Shown: positions 1-9,378, counted from the first letter of the whole stretch. The stretch is 46,529 nt of DNA, filler included, from Candidatus Woesearchaeota archaeon (GCA_003695265.1; 6 parts of 6 records of this genome joined end to end with filler, not necessarily neighbours in it); one strand, 5' to 3'. The notes: generated by a model from the letters alone, not told the origin. Translations and numbers: made by a program.

Positions 1-129
1 AAGGGCATCCTACTTACAGGGATTACAGGTTGCGGCAAAAGCCTTTGTGTATTGGCTATTGCTTCAGCCTGGAAACTTCCACTTGTAAGAAATTGTAATC
101 TTATCATAATTTTCTTACAATCTTCTTAA
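1..129 (+). pseudogene. Fragment of AAA+ ATPase (Ycf46-like) ending just after Walker A
   Basis: Manual translation of frame 1: [42 protein letters not shown]. Walker A context is AAA-like, but the frame stops before Walker B. Confidence 0.55.
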
Positions 130-179
130 CACCCTTTACCGAAACCTATTTAAATACGCCTAATTTTCTCACCGCAATA

Positions 180-947
180 ATGGCAAAACAGACAGTGGAA
201 GCTCTTATTGAAGGAGGTAAAGCAACGGCAGCGCCTCCATTAGGACCAGCTTTAGGCCCTTTGGGAGTTAATATAGGCCAGGTCGTGGCTGACATAAACA
301 AGAAGACAGCCTCTTTTAAGGGAATGCAGGTTCCTGTCAAAGTAGTTGTTGATTCTGATACTAAAGAATATTCTATTAGCGTTGGAACTCCGCCTGCAAG
401 CGCCTTGATTAAGAGCGAGGCAAAAATTGAAAAAGGCTCAGGCAACCCGAAAATGGACAAGGTTGCTGACCTTAAAATAGAGCAAGTCATAAAGATCGCA
501 AAAATGAAGGAGGACTCACTGCTAGGAAAAACAACCAAGGAGAAAGTGAGAGAAATCATCGGGACGTGCAATTCCATGGGTGTAATGGTCGAGGGCAAGC
601 CTGCAGTGGAAACATTAAAGGATATTGAAAACGGCGCTTTCGCAAAAGAGATAGCAGAAGAAAAGACAGAGCTTTCTGCTGAGGAGCTCAAAGAATTAGA
701 GGAGGAGAAGAAGCGCCTTGAGGAAGAGATGAAAGAAAGGAGAGAAGAGTTCCTAGCAAAAGCAAACGAGATAATAGGGCAGATGAAAGGTAAAGAGCGC
801 GGCCAGATAAAGGCTAAATTAGTTGAGGCAGGAATTCCAACTCCCATAATTGATGAGCTGCTGCCTGAAGAAGAGAAGAAAGAAGGCGCTGCTCCGCAAA
901 AAGAAGGAGAAAAGCCTGCAGAATCTTCAAAAGAAGAAAAGAAATAA
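180..947 (+). CDS. rpl11: 50S ribosomal protein uL11 with long charged C-terminal extension
   Basis: GGKATAAPPLGPALGPLGVN, VGTPPAS and GTCNSMGV motifs; about 95 extra E/K-rich residues. Confidence 0.97.
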   Translation: MAKQTVEALIEGGKATAAPPLGPALGPLGVNIGQVVADINKKTASFKGMQVPVKVVVDSDTKEYSISVGTPPASALIKSEAKIEKGSGNPKMDKVADLKIEQVIKIAKMKEDSLLGKTTKEKVREIIGTCNSMGVMVEGKPAVETLKDIENGAFAKEIAEEKTELSAEELKELEEEKKRLEEEMKERREEFLAKANEIIGQMKGKERGQIKAKLVEAGIPTPIIDELLPEEEKKEGAAPQKEGEKPAESSKEEKK

Positions 948-967
948 CTTTGATTTCTTAATAATCC

Positions 968-1792
968 TTATTTAATCTGTTTTGTCTTATAATATTTTAT
1001 TTTGTTATTGTTTAACAGCTTAAGAATTCTCTCTTTTTCTGCACCCAGTCCTTTCCAGTCCAAGAGCGCAAAATCAACTTTCTCAACTGTTTTCTCAACA
1101 GCCTGCTTCAGCATTTCCTCGTCAAAGTTGTGCAGGTTGTACTTAGGGCATATTTGGCCGAGAGCAACATCTGTCTCTAAAATAATGCGGTTGAAGCTAG
1201 GGCATGTGTGCAACCCTCCCAAACCAATCGCAACTCTAAAGTAAGGGGTGTCTTTCGAGAAAGTATTAATAAGGGTTTTCGCGATTATTTCTCCTGCAAG
1301 AGGGTCTTTCCACTGCTTCTCAGATGAGCCTATTTCAATGAAGAAGCAGGGCTTTTCGATGTAAGGACCGTGGTGAGTAACCTCATTAACAATATCATAA
1401 TCAGTGTCTTTGCCAAGCTTGTAAAGCTCTTGGTAAGCGACTTTCATTATCGAAGCAGGCGCTGGAACTAGCTTTCTGTCGCGGCCGCCGAGCTCTGCCT
1501 TCCCCCAATTTCCCTGGACGTGAACGCTCAAAGAATTAATCCCTGACCTGGCCCTATGAGTAGTGGGGAAAACAAAAAGGTCAGCTTCAACCCTCTTGTC
1601 ATAGTCCTCGCAGTCAACGCACCTCGTGTTTGTTGTGTAAATAAAAAGCTCGTTTGTATGAATCCCTGCCTTTAGAACAGGAACGCCTTCAAATTCTTCT
1701 CCAGTCTTTTTAAAATTGTATACTTTCAAAAGTTTATCTTTTATGTTAAGGCCAGCGTAATCAGGCGTTGTAATAATTAAAGCTATCTTCAT
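968..1792 (-). CDS. dtdA: D-aminoacyl-tRNA deacylase (archaeal DTD2/GEK1 family)
   Basis: LSVHVQGNW, EVTHHGP, FIEIGSSE, GLGGLH, DWKGL motifs. Confidence 0.93.
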   Translation of the reverse strand: MKIALIITTPDYAGLNIKDKLLKVYNFKKTGEEFEGVPVLKAGIHTNELFIYTTNTRCVDCEDYDKRVEADLFVFPTTHRARSGINSLSVHVQGNWGKAELGGRDRKLVPAPASIMKVAYQELYKLGKDTDYDIVNEVTHHGPYIEKPCFFIEIGSSEKQWKDPLAGEIIAKTLINTFSKDTPYFRVAIGLGGLHTCPSFNRIILETDVALGQICPKYNLHNFDEEMLKQAVEKTVEKVDFALLDWKGLGAEKERILKLLNNNKIKYYKTKQIK

Positions 1793-1876
1793 AACAAGAA
1801 TTGTTAAGGCGTTTTATATAAAATTTGTGTAATTGAGCACATAAAAATTTATATATTAGCAAGTCCCAAAAAGAAT

Positions 1877-1954
1877 ATGCAGCACAGTGGTATTACAGTA
1901 GTGATTAAGCGCTTCTCCTTCTTGTTTCTATGTTATGAGGGTGGTAAACACTGA
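1877..1954 (+). CDS. Putative 25-aa upstream ORF (MQHSGITVVIKRFSFLFLCYEGGKH)
   Basis: ATG about 25 nt after a TTTATATA box; its TGA overlaps the CTG at 1951. Confidence 0.3.
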   Translation: MQHSGITVVIKRFSFLFLCYEGGKH

Positions 1955-2490
1955 GAAAAAGAATTATAATAGGCGCAGATGAATCAAACCACGGCCGTTA
2001 TCCAGAGGTTCTTGTGGCAGTAAAAAGTTGCTTTCCAGAAGACGCCGCAATAGGGCATTACCCAAAAGTGAGGAGAGAACCTAAGTGGAGATTGATGCGA
2101 GCCAGGGATTATCGCTTTACGCTTATTATGAGGAATGATATCGAGCTTGTCAGGCCAAGGTATGAGGAATTTGAGCAGGCCCGAAGACATGTTGTTGCAA
2201 TAGCTTACGGAACACTAATAGAAGCGCTTCTTAAGAATGAGGAGAAAAAGGCAAAGGTGATTGTTGATGGGGAAATGCCCGGCATTGAATCCCTTATAAT
2301 AAATCATTTATCAAAGCTGAACGGAAACAGGCCCAGCGTTGTTTTTCAGGCAGACGCAGACAGGACATACCCAATAGTGAATTACGCGGACAATATCGCG
2401 TGGTGGATTTACCAGAAGCAGCGCAGAGGAGAAAGCTTGCAGAGGTGGAAAGAAAAAAAGGTGCGCTTTGAATTAGAGGATTTACTTTAA
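1951..2490 (+). CDS. RNase HII-like (RNase H fold) nuclease, probable CTG start
   Basis: Frame is open upstream of the listed 2014 start and gives RIIIGADESNHG; later VIVDG and ADRTYPIVNYADNIA resemble RNase HII motifs. In-frame TAA at 1945; GAGGGTGG SD-like sequence before CTG. Confidence 0.65.
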   Translation: MRKRIIIGADESNHGRYPEVLVAVKSCFPEDAAIGHYPKVRREPKWRLMRARDYRFTLIMRNDIELVRPRYEEFEQARRHVVAIAYGTLIEALLKNEEKKAKVIVDGEMPGIESLIINHLSKLNGNRPSVVFQADADRTYPIVNYADNIAWWIYQKQRRGESLQRWKEKKVRFELEDLL

Positions 2491-2493
2491 GCC

Positions 2494-3012
2494 CTAAATT
2501 CCTGCCAATGCCATGTGAATAGCTATTTTTAAGTATTCTTTTCTTGTGAGCTTACCGCGCGTAAGCCCGCTGATGATGTCCTTGTCATCTGGCCGCGCCT
2601 TAATAGCAGCTGTTTCTATAGGCAAATCCTCTTTAATCATTGCCTCAACAACATCTTTTGGGTACTCAAATCCAGGAGAAAATCCAAACGAAATTTTTTT
2701 TCCATCATAGATCGCGCAGCACGCAAAATTAACAAAACCTGTTGCCGTGTTTTTCATTATTACAACACCGCTAGCAATCCCCACAGAATAAGTCGTATCT
2801 TTTCCAAAGGCTTTTTTTGCCAGTTCTGCGGCGCTTCTTATAAGCTCCTGAAAGTCATGAATCCTCTCAGGCACAGGCCCAGCCTCAACAGTTTTTATCC
2901 TGAAAAACCTGAACATTGGGTATTCCCTAACTATTTCCTGCACTGCAGAAAGCTCTTTGGGATTAGCCAAAGTTATTATTCGCGGTTTTGCGCGCCACGG
3001 GCTTTCTTCCAT
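2494..3012 (-). CDS. YjjX/DUF84 inosine/xanthosine triphosphatase-like protein, divergent
   Basis: NPKELSAV, SVGIASGV, GFSPGFEYP and GLTRGKLTR resemble YjjX family blocks. Confidence 0.7.
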   Translation of the reverse strand: MEESPWRAKPRIITLANPKELSAVQEIVREYPMFRFFRIKTVEAGPVPERIHDFQELIRSAAELAKKAFGKDTTYSVGIASGVVIMKNTATGFVNFACCAIYDGKKISFGFSPGFEYPKDVVEAMIKEDLPIETAAIKARPDDKDIISGLTRGKLTRKEYLKIAIHMALAGI

Positions 3013-3047
3013 GAATAGAACAAATCAATCCATATTTAAATAATTTG

Positions 3048-3986
3048 TCATTGCCTGTAGAACTCTGCCGCCTTTTCAGGAGGCATTATGTTGATGTAAG
3101 TGTTGTTGCCCAGCTCAAATCCAGCCCATTTCGTAATTCTTGGAGTTACTTCAATGTGAAAGTGAAAGTTTTCTGGGTGGTAATGCAAGTAGTAGTTGTA
3201 GGGCGCGTTAAGCCCTTTAAGCTTTGCCAAAATCTTTTTAAGCAGTTCTGCAAGCGCTTTTAGCTGAGCGTCATCAAGGCTTGTTATTGATGGAAGATGA
3301 GATTTTGGCATGAGCCATATCTCAAAAGGAACTCTGGAGGCGTAAGGGCAGAAAGCAATTGCGTGCTCGTTCTCATAAGCCCTTCTCTCAGAATCTTTCT
3401 CAGCACTTATTATGCCGCAGAAAGGGCATTCCCCAAACTTTTTGTACGCGGCAAACTCCTCTTCAACAAGGGGTGGTATTATATTATAAGCTACTATTTG
3501 CGAATGTGTATGCACTATGGAAGTTCCTGCTTCTGAGCCGTGGTTTTTGAAAACAGAAACGTATTTCACGCCGCTTCTTTTGCTCAGCTCTTCAGTCCTT
3601 TCTTTGTATATTTTGAAAAGCTGAAAAAGGTCTTCTTCGCTGAGATCCCATAATTTTTTTTCATGCTCAGGCGTTTCAACTATTACTTCGTGCTGTCCGA
3701 ACGCAGACGCGAAAGTAAAAAACGTGTTGTGCGTCATAACATCAGGGTTTCCTTCATTTGTGACAGCGGGGAACTTGTTAGGAAACCAGCGCATTTTCCA
3801 TGAGGCACCATTAGGAATCCTACCTATTTCTTGAGGCGTTGTTTCCTCATTGCCAGGGCAGAAAAAGCACTTGCCGACTTTTTCTTCTCCTTTTTTTTCC
3901 TGCTTGAACTGCTCAGGCCTTTTTCCCCTGCCCTCTGCTATTATCACAAACCTTTCTATTAAGTAATCCTTTCTCAGCTCGTTCAT
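3048..3986 (-). CDS. galT: GalT-family hexose-1-phosphate nucleotidyltransferase
   Basis: CFFCPGNE, PNKFPA, HEVIVETP, AGTSIVHTHSQ (HxHxQ). Confidence 0.92.
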   Translation of the reverse strand: MNELRKDYLIERFVIIAEGRGKRPEQFKQEKKGEEKVGKCFFCPGNEETTPQEIGRIPNGASWKMRWFPNKFPAVTNEGNPDVMTHNTFFTFASAFGQHEVIVETPEHEKKLWDLSEEDLFQLFKIYKERTEELSKRSGVKYVSVFKNHGSEAGTSIVHTHSQIVAYNIIPPLVEEEFAAYKKFGECPFCGIISAEKDSERRAYENEHAIAFCPYASRVPFEIWLMPKSHLPSITSLDDAQLKALAELLKKILAKLKGLNAPYNYYLHYHPENFHFHIEVTPRITKWAGFELGNNTYINIMPPEKAAEFYRQ

Positions 3987-5773
3987 TTTTTCAATGCCAT
4001 GTTATGGGCTTCTATGTAATAATCTATAAAATTGTTCCAGTCTGCTAGAGTGCTTAACTGCTTTGCAGCTATTTTTTGCTGAACTCTTTGGTTCCTGTTC
4101 AACTGCATGTACTGGTAAAGAATTTTGAAGAATTCATCAACAACCTCATCTTCTGGTTTTCCCATCCTACGCAGGACAAAAATACCCTGCTGGACAACAG
4201 CGTTTTTCATTAAGAATCTGCCGAATCCTGCCAAGTCCGTTGTTAAGGATGGAACCCCCAAGGCAGCAGACTCGAGAGGAGTGTACCCCCAAGGCTCGTA
4301 ATAGCTTGGGAAAACCCCAAAATGGCACCCACTTAACGCGTCATAATAAGAGAGGTTTAAAAGGCCGTCAGCAGGAGTCAAGTAGACAGGATAATAAATC
4401 ACTTTAACCTTGTCATCCTCTTGATTGTCTAAGCCGGCTTGGTACAATGACTGCAGGATAGGATCATGCTCCTTGTCTGAGATGTCATGTGTGAGGAGCC
4501 CAGGCACGCCAGGACACTTGAACTTTATTCTAAGCCTCTTAGCCTCTTTCAGAAAATCTTTTGTGAAAATTGTTGATGAAAATTCCTTAATGATGTTCGG
4601 CGATTCTGGGTTATAGCACATAATCCTGTCGGCTATCTGGCTGCTAATCCTGCTCTCGTTCTCCCTTACAAAATCAAGTATTTCACGATATGTTATTTTG
4701 TGGTCGATCAACGGCTGGCTTACCTTGAAAACATCTCTTGGTATCCAGAAAAAAACTATTATTGTTTTGTTGGAATTCTCGTTTTTCAGCCTTTCGTTAA
4801 GCTTCTGCAAGGCTTTAATGAAAATGTCTATTCCCTTGTTCTTGAACTCGTACCTTCCAACTATGAAAAAAGTGAGGGACTGCTCAATATCAAAAGAGTA
4901 ATGTGGATAAAAATAATATCTTATGAATTCGCGAATCTTCTCACGGTTTTTTTGGTGAAGCAATGATGCCTCCTCAAATGTGGGGAAAAGCTCAGAATCC
5001 AAACCGTTCAGGACTAATATGTCTGCTTTCCTGCCCAGGATTTTTTCTGCTTCCATTGAAGTTATCTCGCTTACTGTAGTGAAAACGTCTGCTGTCTTCG
5101 CGCATGCCCTCTCCAAGAGAAACTTGTCTTGCACGCCTGAGGCGTACGCCTCCTTCTCTGGATTCATGTTTTTCAGCTCATTGTACAAGTCCCTGCCAGC
5201 TCCTGCTATTGCCCTGCCGAGCATTGTCGCGTGAGTCGTGAAGACAGTCTTAACATGAGACTTGGCGTTTTTCAAGTAGAGAATCGCTGCTCCTGAGAGC
5301 CACTCGTGAAAGTGCCCAACTATTTTTTTGCCGCCGTTTTTCTGGCCGAACTTCTCGATGAGCTTTCCAACGCACCATGCCCAAACAACAGGGTTAGTAA
5401 ACCAGGAGTCAGATTTAAGAGAGTCCACTTTGTGAAGACGCCAGAGCTCTCCCTTGATAAAGTCTTGATGCACTAAGTGGCCTTGAAAGTCTATAAGTAT
5501 TGTTTTTGGATCTCCTTTTATCTGCCAAGTCCCGTAATGGCAGTGTATTCCCTCGTTTCCAAGCTCGTTGAAAATTTCTTTAAGAATTTCAGGAGGGTCT
5601 TCTTCCTTGAGCTCCAGCATTGCCTTGTCCTGGAAATAAGGACCCACCAAGAAGTAATTAGGATAATTTTCTTTCATAAGCTTTGCTTTTGACTTTATGA
5701 CAGTGTAAATTCCGCCTACTTTGTTGCATACTTCCCATGATGCCTCAAACAAATATTCAGCTTCTGCTTTCAT
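3983..5773 (-). CDS. Glycogen synthase, GT3 (eukaryote-type) family
   Basis: WEVCNKVGGIYTV, HFHEWL, TTHATMLGR, GRYEFKNKG, PSYYEPWGYTP. Confidence 0.95.
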   Translation of the reverse strand: MKAEAEYLFEASWEVCNKVGGIYTVIKSKAKLMKENYPNYFLVGPYFQDKAMLELKEEDPPEILKEIFNELGNEGIHCHYGTWQIKGDPKTILIDFQGHLVHQDFIKGELWRLHKVDSLKSDSWFTNPVVWAWCVGKLIEKFGQKNGGKKIVGHFHEWLSGAAILYLKNAKSHVKTVFTTHATMLGRAIAGAGRDLYNELKNMNPEKEAYASGVQDKFLLERACAKTADVFTTVSEITSMEAEKILGRKADILVLNGLDSELFPTFEEASLLHQKNREKIREFIRYYFYPHYSFDIEQSLTFFIVGRYEFKNKGIDIFIKALQKLNERLKNENSNKTIIVFFWIPRDVFKVSQPLIDHKITYREILDFVRENESRISSQIADRIMCYNPESPNIIKEFSSTIFTKDFLKEAKRLRIKFKCPGVPGLLTHDISDKEHDPILQSLYQAGLDNQEDDKVKVIYYPVYLTPADGLLNLSYYDALSGCHFGVFPSYYEPWGYTPLESAALGVPSLTTDLAGFGRFLMKNAVVQQGIFVLRRMGKPEDEVVDEFFKILYQYMQLNRNQRVQQKIAAKQLSTLADWNNFIDYYIEAHNMALKK

Positions 5774-5776
5774 TTT

Positions 5777-6226
5777 TTATAATACTGCCAGCACCCTCTC
5801 AATTATTAGCCCTAGAAGCAGGCCAAAAACCATGCCGTAAAAAAACTCTTTTGCCCTGTACATTAAAAGTTCCTCAATGTGGTCAAGAGGAGGCAAAAAC
5901 TTGTTTCTTGGCATTGTGCCGTGAATCTTGACATGAGTTAATTCGTGAACCCTTCTTTCAATAACTTTTGCCAGTGCTGAGCGGTCCTTTGCGCGCAAGA
6001 CGCGCCTTGCAAGAACTTTATCACCCACCACTTCATCAATCCAGGTTGCGAAGTCGTTCTTGTCTTTTGTGACGTGATGCTTAAAAATATCATCATTAAC
6101 TACGTCCAGCACTTCTGCCAAGGCCTCAATATTCTTTATGCGAGGCCCTTGGTAAAGGTGAAAAGACTTTTCATCATCTATTATTCTCAAGTATTTCCTT
6201 GCTTCCTCTGGTGAGATGTCTTCCAT
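5777..6226 (-). CDS. DUF5752-like protein with C-terminal transmembrane helix
   Basis: FKHHVTKDKNDFATWI motif; hydrophobic C-terminus FFYGMVFGLLLGLII. Confidence 0.65.
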   Translation of the reverse strand: MEDISPEEARKYLRIIDDEKSFHLYQGPRIKNIEALAEVLDVVNDDIFKHHVTKDKNDFATWIDEVVGDKVLARRVLRAKDRSALAKVIERRVHELTHVKIHGTMPRNKFLPPLDHIEELLMYRAKEFFYGMVFGLLLGLIIERVLAVL

Positions 6227-6233
6227 TTCAGCC

Positions 6234-6578
6234 TCACTTGAGCAGTCTCTCTATTATGTACATGAAGATTGTTTTCTGCGTTTCGTGCATGCTATGGCTG
6301 TGGAGTATTCTCTTTGCAAGCTCAGGCTCTTTTATGCTGTGCTCTATCCACGCGCTAAAATCATTCCTATGCTCGTTCACGTGGTGCCTGAAAACGTCGT
6401 AATGCATTTCATCAAGCCTTAACGCAAGGTCAAGAAGGTTTTTTAGAACAACGCCGTCGGCGCAGTGGAAATACTGCTTTGCAGGCACGTTCCTCAAGAA
6501 ATCCTTTTTTGAAGCCTTTGCCGGCTTCGCAGCCTTTTTTGTCTTTTTAGCAGATTTTTTAGTAGATTTCTTTTCCAC
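6234..6578 (-). CDS. DUF5752-like protein with Lys/Ala-rich N-terminus
   Basis: FRHHVNEHRNDFSAWI motif; paralog of the neighbouring gene. Confidence 0.65.
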   Translation of the reverse strand: MEKKSTKKSAKKTKKAAKPAKASKKDFLRNVPAKQYFHCADGVVLKNLLDLALRLDEMHYDVFRHHVNEHRNDFSAWIEHSIKEPELAKRILHSHSMHETQKTIFMYIIERLLK

Positions 6579-6612
6579 TCTGGCTTCACCCCTTTTTTAT
6601 GGATTCATAATT

Positions 6613-7839
6613 TTATGCCTTCACAGCATTTGTTAAAGCGTTTGCCTTTATTAAATTAATCTTTTTGAGCCTGTAGCGGAGGTCATTAAGTATGTTCATG
6701 AACGCAATGAATGATTCGTAAGGAGAGTCGTACGGGTTGAAGTACTTGTGCACGTCTCCGTCAGAAAACCACTTTGTGCACATGTAATAAAAGTGGTCGC
6801 TTATTTGGAGTTTTCTCCAGTCTTCCAGGAGATCCTTGTCCTTTGACTTCTTAATGTCCTGCTCTAGGCTGTAAAGTTCTTTTATCGCGAATTTTTGCAT
6901 GTCGTTTCCGAGCCATGCGCTCAAGTCTCTTTCCATATCAGCCCATGATATGGTGAATGGAACGTCAAGCTCTCCTACTGGTTCATAACTTTTTATAACT
7001 TCGCTTGGAGTCTTGAAATTATTGTCAGGGTGCTTTAGTATTTCTTTCGGCAGGTTTTTTAGGAAATGGAAAATTCCTGTGTCCTGCCATTGGTGCTCTC
7101 CGAAAGTTTCATAATCCATGAAAAGGTTCACTGTGTTTCCGTTGCCATTAATAGCATTAATCCATTGGGCAAATTTTCCTGTTGTTAAAGGCCATTCTTC
7201 CCATCCTTTGTTTGAGAACCTGAAAGCAATGTCATCGCTGAGCTTGTAATTCTTCAATAGTAGTCTGATGTTTTTTGTGTTAATCGGCCTGTAAACGAAG
7301 TTTGGCGATCTCCATCCTAAGACGCGGTCTGCGCCCTCTGCAAGTATTCCTTTAAAGCCTAACTCATCCATCATTGCTGCCAGTTCGTTGTTGTAAGTTA
7401 GCTCTGTATTCCTGAAAACAGTTGGCGTCTGTTTGAAAAGCCTTCTTATGGCGTTTTTATGGAGGTTAACCTGCTGAACGAATTCTTTTTTAGAGTAGAG
7501 GAAAGACAATGAGTGGTAATAAGTTTCTGATAGGAATTCAACGCAACCCGTGTCTGCAAGCTCTTTGAAGCTGTCAAGGACTTCTGGCGCGTATTCCTTA
7601 AATTGCTCTAAGGCAACTCCTGTTATGCTGTAAGTTATTTTGAAGCGTCCTTTCATCTTGTTTATTAGATAAAGCATTAAATTGTTTGTTGGAAGGTAGC
7701 ATTTCTTTGCTACTTTTCTCATAACCTCATGGTTCTTTTTGTCATTATAGTAATTGCTGTTGTGACCTATGTCAAACACTGTGTATTGCCTCAGCCTGAA
7801 AGGCTGGTGAACCTGGAAGTAAAAGCAAACGCTAACCAT
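6613..7839 (-). CDS. GH57 alpha-amylase family glycoside hydrolase
   Basis: FQVHQP, ETYYHS, FRNTEL, DYETFGEH, SDHFYYM. Confidence 0.95.
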   Translation of the reverse strand: MVSVCFYFQVHQPFRLRQYTVFDIGHNSNYYNDKKNHEVMRKVAKKCYLPTNNLMLYLINKMKGRFKITYSITGVALEQFKEYAPEVLDSFKELADTGCVEFLSETYYHSLSFLYSKKEFVQQVNLHKNAIRRLFKQTPTVFRNTELTYNNELAAMMDELGFKGILAEGADRVLGWRSPNFVYRPINTKNIRLLLKNYKLSDDIAFRFSNKGWEEWPLTTGKFAQWINAINGNGNTVNLFMDYETFGEHQWQDTGIFHFLKNLPKEILKHPDNNFKTPSEVIKSYEPVGELDVPFTISWADMERDLSAWLGNDMQKFAIKELYSLEQDIKKSKDKDLLEDWRKLQISDHFYYMCTKWFSDGDVHKYFNPYDSPYESFIAFMNILNDLRYRLKKINLIKANALTNAVKA

Positions 7840-9055
7840 TTTGCACCCCGCTAAAAACGCTTGTGTAAGCTTTAATGCATTTGTCTGCTGAGTTGTCCCA
7901 GCTAAAAGTTTTTACTTCTGCAACGCCGTTCTCGACCATGCATTTCTTAAGCTGCTGATACTTAAGCACTGCAAGGATTTGGTCTGCCATCCTGTCAATG
8001 TCCCAGAAATCCACTTTGAGGCAGTGGCTCAGCACTTCTGAGACGCCTGATTGCTTTGAGATAATTACTGGAGTGTTGTTTCGCAACGCTTCCAAAGGTG
8101 TTATTCCAAAAGGCTCGGAAACTGATGGCATGACGTAAAGGTCTGCCATCGAGTAAGCGCGATCAATATCCTTTCCCCGGAGAAAGCCGGTGAAGAGGAA
8201 TTTATCCGCGATTCCGAGCTGCGCGGCTTTCTCGATGATGAACCCATGCATGTCACCAGAACCAGCCATGACAAAGGTGACATTTGGGTTCACATCGAGC
8301 ACACGCTTAGCTGCATACAAGAAATAATCAGGACCTTTCTGCAAAGTAATTCTTCCAAGAAACAGAACAATTTGGTTTTCTTTGCTTATTGGAGATTGTT
8401 GCTTATTAAAGTAAGAGTCATTAAACGCAACCGCGTTGTGAACAACCTCTATTTTTTTTGGGTCAGCAGCGTAATATTTAATAATCATGTTTTTTGTGTA
8501 ATTGCTCACAGTTAGTATTTTGTCTGCTTTTTCCATGCCTTCTTTCTCAATTTCATAAACGCCTTGGTTTATTCCGTTCCCTCCTGTCCTGTCGAATTCT
8601 GTGGCGTGAACATGAATGACAAGCGGCTTGTTGGTCAGCTCTTTTGCATTGATTCCTGCTTTATAGGTTAGCCAGTCATGAGCGTGAATAACGTCAAATT
8701 CTTCTGTTTTTGCTATTTCCTTGATTTTCTCCGCAAACCTAAGAACCTCTTGGAACAGGTTTTTTCCATAGATCAGTCCTTTTTTTCCTTTTCTCTGCCT
8801 CATAATTATTTCATATTCGGCAGGATCAGCATAGGCGTAGAGTGATGAGTCAATTGCTTTAAGCCTGAGTTTTTTTGAGTCAGCGCCAATTATCTTAAGG
8901 CGTTCCTGTGGAGAATCATCATCAATTTCTATAGGCAGAACAAAGGTGACATCAATCCCTTTTTTTGCAAGGCTTCTTGCAAGGCCCTCGCACGCAACAC
9001 CTAATCCTCCTTGGTTGTAAGGCGGGAATTCCCAGCCAAGCATTAACACTTTCAC
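7832..9055 (-). CDS. GT4 glycosyltransferase (glycogen-associated)
   Basis: WEFPP..GGLG, HAHDW, GRITLQKG, SEPFGITPLEA. Confidence 0.93.
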   Translation of the reverse strand: MKVLMLGWEFPPYNQGGLGVACEGLARSLAKKGIDVTFVLPIEIDDDSPQERLKIIGADSKKLRLKAIDSSLYAYADPAEYEIIMRQRKGKKGLIYGKNLFQEVLRFAEKIKEIAKTEEFDVIHAHDWLTYKAGINAKELTNKPLVIHVHATEFDRTGGNGINQGVYEIEKEGMEKADKILTVSNYTKNMIIKYYAADPKKIEVVHNAVAFNDSYFNKQQSPISKENQIVLFLGRITLQKGPDYFLYAAKRVLDVNPNVTFVMAGSGDMHGFIIEKAAQLGIADKFLFTGFLRGKDIDRAYSMADLYVMPSVSEPFGITPLEALRNNTPVIISKQSGVSEVLSHCLKVDFWDIDRMADQILAVLKYQQLKKCMVENGVAEVKTFSWDNSADKCIKAYTSVFSGVQNG

Positions 9056-9278
9056 TTTTTCTGCCCCTAAACTAATTAATTTTTTGTCTAAGCCAGAGTT
9101 AGACTGTTAGTCAATAATCTACCACCCGCTAAGCAAAGGTGAAATGATAGTATTTGATGCAGCTTGCTTAAAATTTGGCCGAGGCTGCTTTATATATTTT
9201 ACTTAGTACGTGACAGTGATTACACACAAAAAGAAATAAGACTCAGAATATGATTTATAATTAATTAAATATTTAATT

Positions 9279-9378
9279 NNNNNNNNNNNNNNNNNNNNNN
9301 NNNNNNNNNNNNNNNNNNNNNNTTAATTAATTAANNNNNNNNNNNNNNNNNNNNNNNNNNNNNNNNNNNNNNNNNNNN
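9279..9378. other. Artificial contig linker
   Basis: 100 nt of N flanking TTAATTAATTAA (stops in all six frames). Confidence 0.98.

Noticed and set aside
146..847. Long antisense ORFs (146-847, 14286-14912, 32462-33058, 37128-37841 and similar)
   Set aside because: Shadows of well-supported genes on the opposite strand.
9060..9200. Structured leader of the glycogen cluster
   Set aside because: Only short 4-5 bp stems, not distinguishable from chance by eye.
9279..9378. Recurrent TTAATTAATTAA within N-runs (five copies) as a biological repeat
   Set aside because: Identical 100-nt six-frame-stop linkers added at assembly or concatenation.
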